Positions 32,655 through 43,402 of a stretch of 64,000 bases of DNA are shown in pieces; within the stretch, counting starts at the first letter, position 1; each line of letters opens with the position of its first letter. Location of the stretch: contig JAIVFI010000045.1 of the NCBI GenBank assembly GCA_025558095.1, positions 124,001-188,000 on the forward strand, in the 5' to 3' direction. This DNA comes from Hyaloraphidium curvatum SAG 235-1. Taxonomy: Eukaryota; Fungi; Monoblepharomycota. The translations under genes were made by a program, and so were the position numbers. The notes below the pieces were generated by a model. It ran no database searches. It had not been told where the DNA came from and was given only the letters and a program-made list of their open reading frames with translations.

Positions 32655-35214
32655 TCATCCCAGCACCGTCAGGTTCGGGATCTCCTCGGGCCACGGCGCC
32701 CCGCCCCTGTCGATAACCCTGCGGAAGACCGCAAAGGCGATCCTCGCCGACTCCCACGCCGCGCCGACCGCGCTCAGGCTTTCGAGGCTGGACGGGGCGT
32801 CAGCTGCCGGCCAAAGCGCACAAAGAAGAGCGAGCAGCCCACCAGGCCTCGACGTCCCTGATCAGCTCGTGGATCACCGGCGCCGAGACCGACTGCTCGC
32901 CGGTGGACCAGTCGGTGAACCTGCGGAAGCGGGCGAGCGCGAACACGTGGACCATCCCCTGGGCGGCAGATTCAGCAACGAACGGCCGATCGCACAGGCA
33001 GCCGACGCCCACCGCGCGGAGCACCGCCTGCAGCAGCGACGCCGGGAACTTTTCCGCCAGCTCCAGCTGGTTCCCGGCGTAGTTCCGGAACACGGACCGC
33101 ACGAGCCTGCTGATGAGGATGGAGCTCGTCGAGGCGTCGAGGAAGTGCTGCGAGTTGAGCCACTCCTCGTCCGGCTCCTCTAGGTTCTTGATCCAGTTGG
33201 AGGGCGAGTTGAGGAGCACGTGGCACTGGTGGAACCAGATCATCTGGTGCAGGAGGCGGTACCCGACCATCTGGCCCCAGCTCGTGTCGCCCAGCGCGAT
33301 CAGCCCCGGGCCGTCGCCCGCCGCGTCGAGCGTCTTGACCTCCGCGGGCACGTGCGCCGCGAAATCGTCCAGCATTCCGACCACGTCCTCGCGGCGGCGG
33401 CGCGCCTCGCGGTACAGCGCCTCGGTCGCGGGGTCCTCGGCCTTGACCGCCTTGCCCGCCGCGGCCTCGTACTCGGGCCGGTGCACCGAGAGGCCGGCGT
33501 CGCCGAACCACTTGCACACGCCGAGCGTGCGCCGGATCAGCTCGCCGAGCATCATCCCGCTGCCCGCGCACCCGAGGATCATCCACCTGCCCACGCTTGC
33601 GGCGAGCCTGCGCTCGCGCTCGGGGCCGCGTTGGTGCTCCATCCACAGCACGCCGTCCTCGCAGGTCAGCGGCACCGCCTGCAGAGGCGAGACGATCTGC
33701 ATGGCCACCAGGCGCTCGAAGACAAAGTCCGCGGGGGCGGCGGCGCGCTCGAAGCCGGCTCCGTTGTGGGAAAAGTGCTCGAGGGGGGCGGGGTGGTGCG
33801 GGCCGGCGCGGAGGAAGAGGTGCTCGAAGCCCGGGTCCACGGGGGCGGGGAGGATGTGGAAGGTGACCTCGCTGCAGGGCACGGCTATGGTGCGGTACGC
33901 GTCGGTGCGCATGGTTGGGTAGGCATCGCGGACGTCCGAGAAGGCCGTGTCGACGTTGACGGTGATGAGGCAGGCGCGGGCGTACTCTTCGGCGCGGATC
34001 CATTCGCGGAGGGTAATGCGGCGCATGTTCTCGCGGGAGCGGTACGAAGCCTGCGCGGGGCTGGCGGGGTCCATGAAGGCGAGGAGCGGGTGCAGGGCCT
34101 TGAACGCCCTGTGCATCTCGATGGCGTTCTCGCGGTCGCCGGCGCGCGCAAACACGACGGTCGCAAAGACGGTGGCCTGGAGCAGCCGCAGCAGGCCGTC
34201 GTCGAGGCGCGGCGCGGGGTTGCTCATCTCGTAGCGCAGGCGCTCCTCGACTGCGGACACGAGCGCGTTGCGGTACTCTGCCGAGGTCATCCCCGTGGTT
34301 TCGGCGACGGTCGTGACGAGCCAGCGGCGGTCCGCGCGCTTTTCTGCGGCCAGCAGCCCGCCCCACACGACGACGGTCGCCAGGATCGGGTCCGCGGTGC
34401 CGGTGAGCACGTCGACGACCAACGTGGGGTAGTGCAACAGCGGCGAGGTGGCCTCGGTGGTGGCGCAGAAGAGCTCGACGAAGTAGGGGAACAGGTCGTG
34501 CGGCGGCAGCTGCGGGTAGGCCGGACGCGGCATCTGCGGCGCCTGCTGCACCTGCTGGGCGGCGACGGGCGGCAGCACCGGCGCCTGCGGCGGCGGCAGG
34601 GCCATTGCGGGCGAGACCGGGCCGAACGGGCCGCCTGCCATGGCGGGGAAGCCGTTTGCGGCCTGGAAGCCGGTCGTTGCCGGGAATCCGCCCGCCTGCG
34701 CGAAGCCGGCCTGCACGAAGCCGTTTGCGCCGAAGTCCTGCGGCCAGCCGGCCTTTGACCAGGCGAAGTTTGCGTCGCCCATGCCGGGCACCGCGGGCAG
34801 CCCGCCCTGCAGCACGGCGAACTGCGCCATGTCGGGCGTGGGCGGCAGCGGCGGCTGCTGCGGCTGCGGCTGCGGCTGCTGCTCGCGCTGTGGCCGGCGG
34901 CGCGGGGCGGGCGGCGCCCCTTTGGCCCCCGCGCACCGCGCGTTCCCGTTCGTGCCGCGCACGTGCTTCGCCAGCGCGTCGCGCCGCGTGAACGTCTTGC
35001 CGCACGCGTCGCACTCGAACGGCTTCGCGGCCGAGTGCGACTTCTCGTGGCGCCGCAGGTCGTACGCGCGCGCAAACGCCGTGCCGCACACGCCGCACAG
35101 GAACGGCTTGTCGTCGCTGTGCGTGACGAGGTGGCTCTTGAGGTTGTGCGGCCGCGTGAACACCTTGCCGCACACGGGGCACGGGTGCAGCCGGTCGCCG
35201 CCGCCGCCCTCCAT
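32655..35214 (-). CDS. C2H2 zinc-finger transcription factor with fungal-TF-like middle domain, 3 exons
   Basis: Three C2H2 fingers (CPVCGKVFTRPHNLKSHLVTH, CGVCG...RRHEKSH, CDACGKTFTRRDALAKH), Q/P-rich linker, long helical C-terminal domain. Introns 32959-33012 and 32788-32842. Confidence 0.85.
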
Positions 35215-35488
35215 GGTGGGGGAAGGGGGGTTGTTGCTTGAAGTTGGAGCCTGATCGACCTCGCCGCCCAGCCGCCGGATCCACGTCCCCATCAGCCTCT
35301 CGCCAGCCGCCGGGCTCCAAAGAACGTGGGTCGAGCCAAGAATTAGTCGTGGATCGTGGTATGCTTTGCTGCTCTGCTGGGCCGTGTTCTCTAAACCATC
35401 GATGTCCGGTCGTGACGTAAGGGGGACTCCCCTCCCCCCCTCCACTTCCCGGCTCCAATCCACTCTCGATTTTGGTGCTGCCCGCTAT

Positions 35489-36762
35489 CTACATTTTGCT
35501 CTTCGTCTCGTTCACAGCCTGCCTCGCCGCCACCGCCATCAGCCCCGAGTCCGACGACAGGCTCACGAGCCTGAACCCCATCTCGATCGCCCTCTTCGCG
35601 TCTGCCGAAACAGCTTTCAGCATCGATTCCGGCGCCCGGAAACGGCGACAAAACACCCACACTTGGCCGTGCCGCAGTGGATCCCCGCGAACTGCCCCCG
35701 CTTCTTGGTCTCGGCCAGCACCCGCGAGAAGATCTGCAGGATCTCGGGCTCCTCCCGGTCCAGCATGGGCTTGTAGCCGAGCGAGAAGCCGAGGTCCGCG
35801 GGGCCGATGTCTGTTTCGGGGCGGTCAGTTGCGTAGCTTCGGGGACGGTGGCGGGGAACCCACAGACGCCGGCGACGCCGGGCACGTCGAGGATGGCCTC
35901 GAGGTTCTCGACGGCCTCGCGGGTCTCGATCATGGGCAGGCAAAGCACCTCCTCGTTGGCTGCAAGTCCCAGTGAGCCGAATCATTGCCACGATCGCCGA
36001 GATGTCGGTGATTTCGACGGGAGTGTCAGCACCGGCTTCGACACCAGACGAAGCCTCCAAAGCCCCACCCGTGGTCTGGTACGACACGTTGGGGCTCCCG
36101 TACATGGCCACCCTGATCGGCCCGTTGCTCCGCTTCCCCATGGGCGGGTACTTGCACGCCGTGACAAAATCCTCGCACTCCTTCCGGTTGTTCACCTTTG
36201 GCGATCGCCGTCAGCCGCATTCGAGCAAGAAGCAGCCGGTGATTCCCACCATGGGGCAGATGACACCGTATGCCCCGGCGTCGAGCACCTTGCCGATGAT
36301 CCCGGGCTCGTTCCACGGCACGCGGACCATCGGCGTCACCGGGTGCGGGCCCATGGCCTGGAAGCACTGGACCTGAAAAGGCGCGGACCGTCGCCCGGGA
36401 TCGCGGCGGGAAGGGTGCGGGACTGCGTACCATGCTCATGTAGTCCTGGACGCCGTGCTGCAGATCCACCGTGACCGAGTCGAAGCCGCTGCACCGGCGA
36501 CGGGGAGCAAAGGAACCCAGAAACCGTCAGAATCCGCCTTCTCCGGCCGCAGAACGCAAGTAATCCCACCATCCCGCGATGACCTCGGCCGCAAACCCGC
36601 TCGGGATCGAAAGCCAGCTTGAAAACGTGCGGGAGACACCGTCGCGGGACGGGCCGGGAAAGTCAGCGTTCCCGCGTCCGGAAAACGGATCGCGCCAGAA
36701 AGAACAGACCCATTGACGACGGCCTTATCTTGCGCCCAGAGCTCTTTCACTTTGTTCGGCAT
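35489..36762 (-). CDS. HpcH/HpaI class II pyruvate-dependent aldolase, 255 aa, 8 exons
   Basis: Exons 36762-36710, 36617-36570, 36488-36431, 36372-36250, 36195-36069, 35959-35864, 35810-35661 and 35601-35489 splice to an intact ORF with [64 protein letters not shown]. Confidence 0.9.
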
Positions 36763-36869
36763 GCTGAAGTTCCGGGGTGGTCGCCACAAAGGTTGGCGCG
36801 GCTGAACAATCACCACGCCCGCTTCCACCCCTTTCGCCCCCCATCCCACGCGTTCCCGGCCCCTGAACG

Positions 36870-37996
36870 ATGCCCGACGCGCACCCCAGCCCGCTCTACA
36901 AGCCCCTCTCCGGGATCCCGGAGCTCCTCGCCGGCTGCGGCATCCTCTCGGGCGCCTACGGCGAGCTCGAAAGCACCGCCGCCGAGATCGTGCGGAGGGC
37001 GCTGTACCTCAAAATGAACTTCTTCGACACGAGCGTGTACTACGGCGAGTCGGAGAGGATACTGGGGGAGGCGCTGGCCAGCGTGCGGTCGAGCTATCCG
37101 CGGTCGTCGTACTACCTCGCGACCAAGTGCGGACGATACGGGTACAAGACGTCGGAGTGCGACTTTTCGGGGAAGCGGACGAGGCAATCCGTGATGCAGA
37201 GCCTGGAGCGGCTCAGGACGGACTACTTGGACGTGGTGTACGCCCACGACGTCGAGTTTGCGGCGAGCGTGGATGACGTCTGCGGGCCGGGAGGCATTCT
37301 GGAGGAACTGTTCAAGATGAAGGTGGGCAGCAACCTTGTCTGATGCTCTTCTTAGGGCATCGGGGTGAGCGAACGTGTCCACAGGACGAGGGTCTGATCG
37401 GCCACGTCGGCATCTCCGGCTTCCCCCTCCCCGTGCTCCTCGCCATCGCCGAGGAACAGCAGTGCCGCGGCCGCCCCCTCGACGTGGTCCTTTCCTACTG
37501 CCACTTCACCCTGCAGAACGGCACCTTCGCCTCCTACGCCCCGAAGCTGCGCGCCGCGGGCGTCGGCACGCTCATCAGCGCCTCCCCCATCGCCATGGGC
37601 ATCCTCGGGGAGCGGGACCTACCGCCCTGGCACCCCGCGCCGCCGGCGATGCGGGCGGCGAGGGAAGAGGCGGTGCGGTGGTGCACCCGGAACGGATGGG
37701 CGCTGGGAAACCTGGCGCTGCGGTACGCGCTGCGGGAACGGGTCAGGCCCGAGGACGGGGGATGGGACGCGACGCTTGTGGGGCTCAGGGGCGCGGACGA
37801 GGTGGAGAACGCGGCGATGCACAGGGACGAGGTCAACAAGGGGGTCAAGGGGGAGATCGAGTTCGAGAGCGGGCTCGTGGAGGATGTGAAGGGCATCTTC
37901 AAGAAGCACGGGATGCTGGACTACTCGTGGGAGAGCCCGAGCGAGAAGGAGCGGGATAGGGCGGCGATCGGAAACATTCTGAAGTTAAGCTATTGA
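36870..37996 (+). CDS. Aldo-keto reductase, D-arabinose/L-galactose 1-dehydrogenase (Ara2-like), 2 exons
   Basis: FFDTSVYYGESERILG, LATKCGRYG, SLERLRTDYLDVVYAHDVEF, GISGFPL, LSYCHFTLQN, PPWHPAP; intron 37323-37384. Confidence 0.85.
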
Positions 37997-38209
37997 ATCG
38001 AAGAGTCGGTGATAGTAACACGTTTCCCCGCTTTGTCCCGTTCACAGTCCTCATGCCACGCCTCACATCTTGGCTACCTTCTCCCCAAACATCCTGAGCA
38101 GAATCCGGACGAACCGCCCCGTCACGCTGAAGACTGGTTGACGTTGAGAGAAGTGCCAAGTGGATCCAGCCATGAGCGAGACTCGTGTGAGACCAGAGCC
38201 CCACAGGCG

Positions 38210-38899
38210 CTAGTCCCACACGGAGAATGTTTGATTCTGCAACGAGCGTGGTCGTGGAGGTGGTGATGGTGGGGAAGGGGTCCGGTCCCATGGACCGCGT
38301 GCGGCATACTCATGGGCCGCATCGACGGCAGGAGGCAGCGCCGGGTCGATGGCGGGAGGCAGCGCCCGATTCCGCCGTTGTCTCCCGACGCGCGCTCCCC
38401 CCGTTGCACCCCAAGGACGTGAATTGGTGTCGACGACTTTCGTGCCCAGCAGCATATCGGCCACGGTCCTCCGGGTCATCAGGTGGAGAACACCATCCAC
38501 TCCCGGCAACAATAGATTCCGGGAGGGAAGAGAGGCGATAGGGACGGTGATGCGCAAATGCCTTCCGTCGAATTCAAAGTCAATGGCATGGTTGACGACA
38601 CAGGCAATAGAGAGCCACTTTACGACTTCCCTGACCAGGACGGTGGCGGTACTCGCGGGCTGCCCAGACGCGGTGTCAACGACCGCAAGCCCGACAATAC
38701 GCTTCCCGGGTTGAATAAGGGCGGTTCCAAAGCTGTAGAGGACCATCAAAGCGGTGGCGAGGACTGTGTCGCCGATTTGCTGCGGAACCACCTCCCTCGC
38801 GAGCTTGCGCAGAAGCGGTGTCAGCACTGCGACATCCGTGGCAAATGCCAAGATCCGCTTCCCCGTTCCCGCGACGGGTGTGTCAACAGGTGGGGGCAT
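38210..38899 (-). CDS. RDD-family membrane protein, intronless
   Basis: AGTGKRILAFATD, PGKRIVGLAVVD, VLVREVVK, RRTVADMLLGTKVV. Confidence 0.7.
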   Translation of the reverse strand: MPPPVDTPVAGTGKRILAFATDVAVLTPLLRKLAREVVPQQIGDTVLATALMVLYSFGTALIQPGKRIVGLAVVDTASGQPASTATVLVREVVKWLSIACVVNHAIDFEFDGRHLRITVPIASLPSRNLLLPGVDGVLHLMTRRTVADMLLGTKVVDTNSRPWGATGGARVGRQRRNRALPPAIDPALPPAVDAAHEYAARGPWDRTPSPPSPPPRPRSLQNQTFSVWD

Positions 38900-39324
38900 C
38901 GTTCCGTTTTCGGCTCTGGGGTCCGAACCCCTTTATGTTCTGTCCGTGCGCGTTCGATTCTAGGATCCATGCCGGCGATGGCGGCGCATCAGAGCGGGCC
39001 GGACATTGACGGGACGGCGGCGCTCACTTCCAGACACTCGGGACGCCCGAGAGCAGCCGACCTCGCCGGGTTCGAGCGTGAAATCCTGCGGGGACCTTCC
39101 ATTAGTCACAGGCGCGCGGTCATGCTGACTGACAGGGGAACTTTCCAGACAACTACCTCAAAACGCATCTTATAATAGCACGCCTCGTCCAGAACGGGTC
39201 CGATGGACCTGATCGTTGTCTTCTTCACGCGGACCGCGGCCCATTCCGCGGCCCATTGACATGCCGACATACCCCGTGAATCCCCAAAGGGCAGCTTGCT
39301 ACTCCCTTAGTGTCGCCCATCGCA

Positions 39325-39840
39325 TCACTTAAAGTACTCCTCCGCTTTGTGCTCCGTATTATCGCCCAGGTTAATAACCTTGGCTCTTCCGTCCTGCTTG
39401 TCCAGAATCGTGAAGTGCTTGGCCTTGTACTTGATCGTACAATTCCCGTCCACCTTGCCTTCCACCACGACATCTCCATTCTCAGCACGCAGCTCCACCT
39501 CCGAACAGCCGTCGATTTTGCCCTTTATGGTTATGTTCTCCTTGGCGCTGATCCTGACCTTGGATTTACCGTCAATCTTGCCGTTGCCGGCCGTGCCAAT
39601 CACCACGCTGCCGTCCCTGGCCACCAGTGTCGCAATGGAAGCCCCGTCAATGAACTCCTTGATTTCAATGCTCGTGGCCAGGAGCGTCGACTTGGACTTC
39701 CCGTCGATCTTGCCAACCTTGATGGAGCAGCCATCACAGTCAACGCTGACGTGGGCATGCCCATCTATCTTCTCATACTCCTGGTCTCCCTTCGGCTTCA
39801 GGTCAGCTCTGACGTCGGGACCGTCAAACTTGATGCCCAT
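39325..39840 (-). CDS. 171-aa beta-solenoid repeat protein (8 xxDG repeats of ~20 aa)
   Basis: ATG at 39840, strong codon bias, regular KIDG/KVDG/FIDG/KQDG repeats with alternating hydrophobic residues. Confidence 0.75.
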   Translation of the reverse strand: MGIKFDGPDVRADLKPKGDQEYEKIDGHAHVSVDCDGCSIKVGKIDGKSKSTLLATSIEIKEFIDGASIATLVARDGSVVIGTAGNGKIDGKSKVRISAKENITIKGKIDGCSEVELRAENGDVVVEGKVDGNCTIKYKAKHFTILDKQDGRAKVINLGDNTEHKAEEYFK

Positions 39841-40361
39841 CGTCGAGAGCGGTGGCGGCACGCTGTGAGGCCGGCATCGTGAGTGGAAAGCATGCACGTG
39901 CGCACGAAGAGTACACGCACGACGGAGCAAGTGTGGAGAAGGGGTCCGGAAGAGAGGGGCGCTCGAACAGAAGAGCGGGGTCGGAGCTCCAACCACGGGA
40001 CCTGAGACTTTGCAGCCGCCAGCGAGTTCAGCTCGGACCCGTCTGCGCCGCTGCTATGGTACGCACGTTTCTCACGCGTGCTGATGTGGAAACGCGGCCG
40101 GTTGGGGCGCCACTTCGCGCTGCAAAGCTGTCGCGAAGTCAGTCAGTCACGAGGAAGGGTCCGTGCAGTCGCCGCTCGTCCGCGTACGCTGGAACAGCGC
40201 TAAGGCGAACGAGGCCGCGCCATTAAGCAGGCGCAGGCCCCGGGCAACGCGCCCGATAGGAGGTCCGCAAACTCCCACGTACCGTCGTCGCGTCGGCAGA
40301 CCCGGTTGCTGGTCTCTCGGCGGCGGCGGCGCTCCGGCAACCCAAACACACACTAACCTGA

Positions 40362-40913
40362 TTACCGTTCCCAGAAGCCATCGTCGAGTTCCACCAAATC
40401 CACAAGTTCCACCAGGTCCGGGGAAGGGGAGGGCGAAACGGGGCCGGGGAGGGAAGGAGGGCAGAGGTGAGTCAGCGATTCCACGGCGAGGTGGATGCGG
40501 CTGGCCAGGGAGGCCGCCTCCTCCTTGACGTCCGCATCGCACGCCGGCCGATGGTTCAGCTTGCGAGCAAAGTGACGACGAAGGATGGGGGTCGGGAGAA
40601 ATCCGAGGTCCGTGGTGCAAAGGTGTCCGTACTTCGCCACGTCCTGGTGAACATGGGCGTCCGACAGGGCGAGCCGTGCGCACGGGCACGGGAACGACGC
40701 CCGCTGCGCAGCCCAATCGGAGAGTTGCATGCGGGCGAGCCACGAGTAGTGGTTGAAGGTCGTGCGGGCTAGAGGATCCGGGTAGGAGGCGATCGCACCG
40801 AAGGTCTCGCCGGGTGCGGGCAGCGGATGGCGCCGGATGAAAAGTTGGGCCTTGTCGAGGAGGTAGGCCATGGGGAACGAAGAGCATTGAACGGAGACCG
40901 CCAGACTGGGCAT
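40362..40913 (-). mobile_element. Probable relic of a Penelope-like retroelement ORF (pre-RT region only)
   Basis: SYPDPLARTTFNH...CPC...YGHLCTTDLGFLPTPILRRHFARKLNHRP resembles, from recall, the CxC...GHxxTxDL...LR...KxxNxR segment that precedes the RT in Penelope-like elements. No RT follows. Confidence 0.45.
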
Positions 40914-41402
40914 GACCCAACGTCGGGGCCGGGAAGGTGCCTGGGGCGAAGAGTCCGATAAGAATATGTCTATACGAACGTCCCCCAACGATAGCAATAC
41001 ACGCGCGCGAAGTCTAGTTGTCACGAAAGCGGCGCAGCACCCTCTTCTGCCGCCGGGCCGAGCTGGAGGCGAAGAGCCGCCAGAAACGCGCCAGCGCCAG
41101 ACCGTGGAAGCGAAGGACACCACGGTTGCGGGCCTGCGTCGTCTTATCCGACCCAAGGTCCAGATCACGGAATCATAGACGGTCGCGAGATCACACAAAC
41201 GCGCATTTATGCTCTTTTCGCACGGCACCTCGCGTGCAGTTATGGAGATGGTTCACCTAAGATTTAGACCGTCGGGTGATGGCGTCCCGCCAGTCGGAGA
41301 CGTCCGATGCTTCACAATGAGGTCCATCTGGACAGGATTCCTGCGGATTTCCTGCGCAAACCGGATGTGAAGGGATAGAATTGTTCAGGGCGGGAGCCTC
41401 GT

Positions 41403-42023
41403 TCATGCTGTCAGTACAAGGTCCACTCTCCTGTCCCACTCCTCGCAAGGCACATCCTCGCTCGCAACGAGCTGGCAACTGAGGCAAATGCCGACCACAA
41501 GTGGCTTCGTGAGCCCCCTTTGCTCATAGTCGGCCGACAAAGTCTCCAGGAAAGTGTCGTAGTAACCTTTCCCGTGACCCAGCCGCTTCCCATCCTTCGA
41601 AAAGGCAACGCCCGGCACGATAACGAGGTCCAAAGGCGGGGAAACGTCGCGCCACTGTGTCCGTGCCGACCCGTCCGCGAAGGTGAGAGGAGGTTCCGGG
41701 ATCCCCCATCGCGACTTTGGAAACGCGTCGACGGACTCTTCCGGCACGATTCTGAGCATGACCATGTCCTCCCTCCGCTTGCCCGTGATGCGCGGAACGA
41801 GCAGGGTCTTTTGCTTCGCGGCGTCGGCGATGATTTCGCGCGTTTGCAGCTCCGCGGGCATAGAAAGATAACAGGAGACCGTCCGCGCGGCCTGGTAAGC
41901 TTCCGACGCAAAAAGCCGCTGGACGACCGCTGCCGATTCGGCGGCAATCGCGGCCGGTGTCAGAGCTGCCATGGTGGCAGCCATTCGCTTCCGAAGAGCG
42001 GCTTTCGAAGCAGCGACCGTCAT
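41403..42023 (-). CDS. FAU1: 5-formyltetrahydrofolate cyclo-ligase
   Basis: KAALRKRM, YLSMPAELQT, WGIPEP, DLVIVPGVAF, RLGHGKGYYD, WDRRVD. Confidence 0.92.
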   Translation of the reverse strand: MTVAASKAALRKRMAATMAALTPAAIAAESAAVVQRLFASEAYQAARTVSCYLSMPAELQTREIIADAAKQKTLLVPRITGKRREDMVMLRIVPEESVDAFPKSRWGIPEPPLTFADGSARTQWRDVSPPLDLVIVPGVAFSKDGKRLGHGKGYYDTFLETLSADYEQRGLTKPLVVGICLSCQLVASEDVPCEEWDRRVDLVLTA

Positions 42024-42186
42024 CCCGTCCGTCGGCCGACGCGTTCCGTTCTCCCTCAAGCCAAAGCCGATATCAACGATGCCAAACTGAGCGCTTGAAG
42101 TCGGAAAGCGGGAAGAATCGCTCGCAGGAAGGAGGTTCAAGCTGTCAAAGGGAACCGCGTGCGCCGCGACATCTCGACTTGATCCG

Positions 42187-43389
42187 ATGTCTCGTTCCCC
42201 GGTATCCGCCTTCGGCATCTGCCGGCAGGCTCTCTCTGCCCGGAGAACGATACTTCCGGCACCATCTCCGGGATTTCCGGGGCTATTGGCCCCCCGGCTG
42301 CCCTCCCGATTCGCCGGCTGCATCCGAAACTCCTCGACAGACACGACGAGCTCCGGCGACGATGATCCTGTCCAAAACCTGCGCAACATCCTGCAATCGT
42401 CGTTTTTGCTACAGACGCGGTCTTCTGCGGAGGTTGCGAAAGCCTGGGACGCGTTCCAGCGTGTTCCGAACAAGAGGCTCCTCAACCGCACGGACTTTCA
42501 GAGCATACTCAACACTCAGCTCTGGGAACACCAGGAACTTGGTTCGAAGTCGCAGGCCTCTGTCAGGATCGAGTCCATTTTGTCGGACATGGCCCAGAAC
42601 GGCTTCCCGCCTGGATACATAGAGAACAGTGTGCGACTTCGCGTCCAGGCGCCGTCGTTCGACTACGAAAGAGCTGCTTCCGAGATTCGGACAATGCACG
42701 CTGCCGGCAACCTTGCGGATCAGCACTCTGTGATCATCGTTCTCGCTCTGGCGGACCGTGACGGGCACGTCGGCCGGGCTCGAAAAGTCATCTACTTTCA
42801 TCAGCATCTGCTCGGTCTCCTCACGCCTTCGACGTCTTTGACGATCCCGCTCTTGCTCCACGTGTTGAACAATCCCCAAAAGTTCGAGTTCTCCGACTCG
42901 GATCAGCCGGACGAACCTGTTTCCTTGGACGAGAGACCGCAGGAACCCGTCCCCTCCCTTCCCGGGTACCTGGACAACGCGCTCAAGGCCTGGCAGCGCG
43001 ACATCCTGGCCTACTCGCTGCCGCTCTCGTTGCCTGCCTACTCGCTTCTGATCCACCATCTTCTGCGGCACGACCAGCTCCACACTGCCAACACGGCCCT
43101 GAATGACGCGCTGGCACACGGATTCGACCTCGGATGGACGCTGATGGCGCCCTTCATAGAGCACTTTGTCGCGCTGGGCGAACTGGAGAAGGCTATGAGG
43201 GTCTTTACCGGGATCCGGGGCAAGGAGGGGCCGAGCGAGCCCGTTCCGGGCCGGGTGTACGAGACGCTGATCGGCGGGCAGCTCCAGGCGGGCAACATGA
43301 AGCTGGCGAAAGAGCTTTTCGGGGAGGCAAAGAAGAACGGGCTTTCCGAGGGCGCAATAAGGCGGTTCAAGGCGGGAGCGGGCTTGTAA
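42187..43389 (+). CDS. PPR-like helical repeat protein, probably mitochondrial
   Basis: Presequence-like N-terminus; degenerate PPR motifs (AYSLLIHHLL, LEKAMRVFTGI, VYETLIGGQLQAGNMKLAKELFGEAKKNGL). Confidence 0.6.
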   Translation: MSRSPVSAFGICRQALSARRTILPAPSPGFPGLLAPRLPSRFAGCIRNSSTDTTSSGDDDPVQNLRNILQSSFLLQTRSSAEVAKAWDAFQRVPNKRLLNRTDFQSILNTQLWEHQELGSKSQASVRIESILSDMAQNGFPPGYIENSVRLRVQAPSFDYERAASEIRTMHAAGNLADQHSVIIVLALADRDGHVGRARKVIYFHQHLLGLLTPSTSLTIPLLLHVLNNPQKFEFSDSDQPDEPVSLDERPQEPVPSLPGYLDNALKAWQRDILAYSLPLSLPAYSLLIHHLLRHDQLHTANTALNDALAHGFDLGWTLMAPFIEHFVALGELEKAMRVFTGIRGKEGPSEPVPGRVYETLIGGQLQAGNMKLAKELFGEAKKNGLSEGAIRRFKAGAGL

Positions 43390-43402
43390 CAAGCCCAAGA
43401 AT

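Noticed and set aside
34845-34885. (GGCTGC)n microsatellite
   Set aside because: It simply encodes the QPQPQP linker of the transcription factor.
32972-35458. 828-aa alternative-frame ORF and 512-aa antisense ORF over the TF gene
   Set aside because: Arg/Ala/Gly-rich shadow ORFs expected from high GC3; no motifs.
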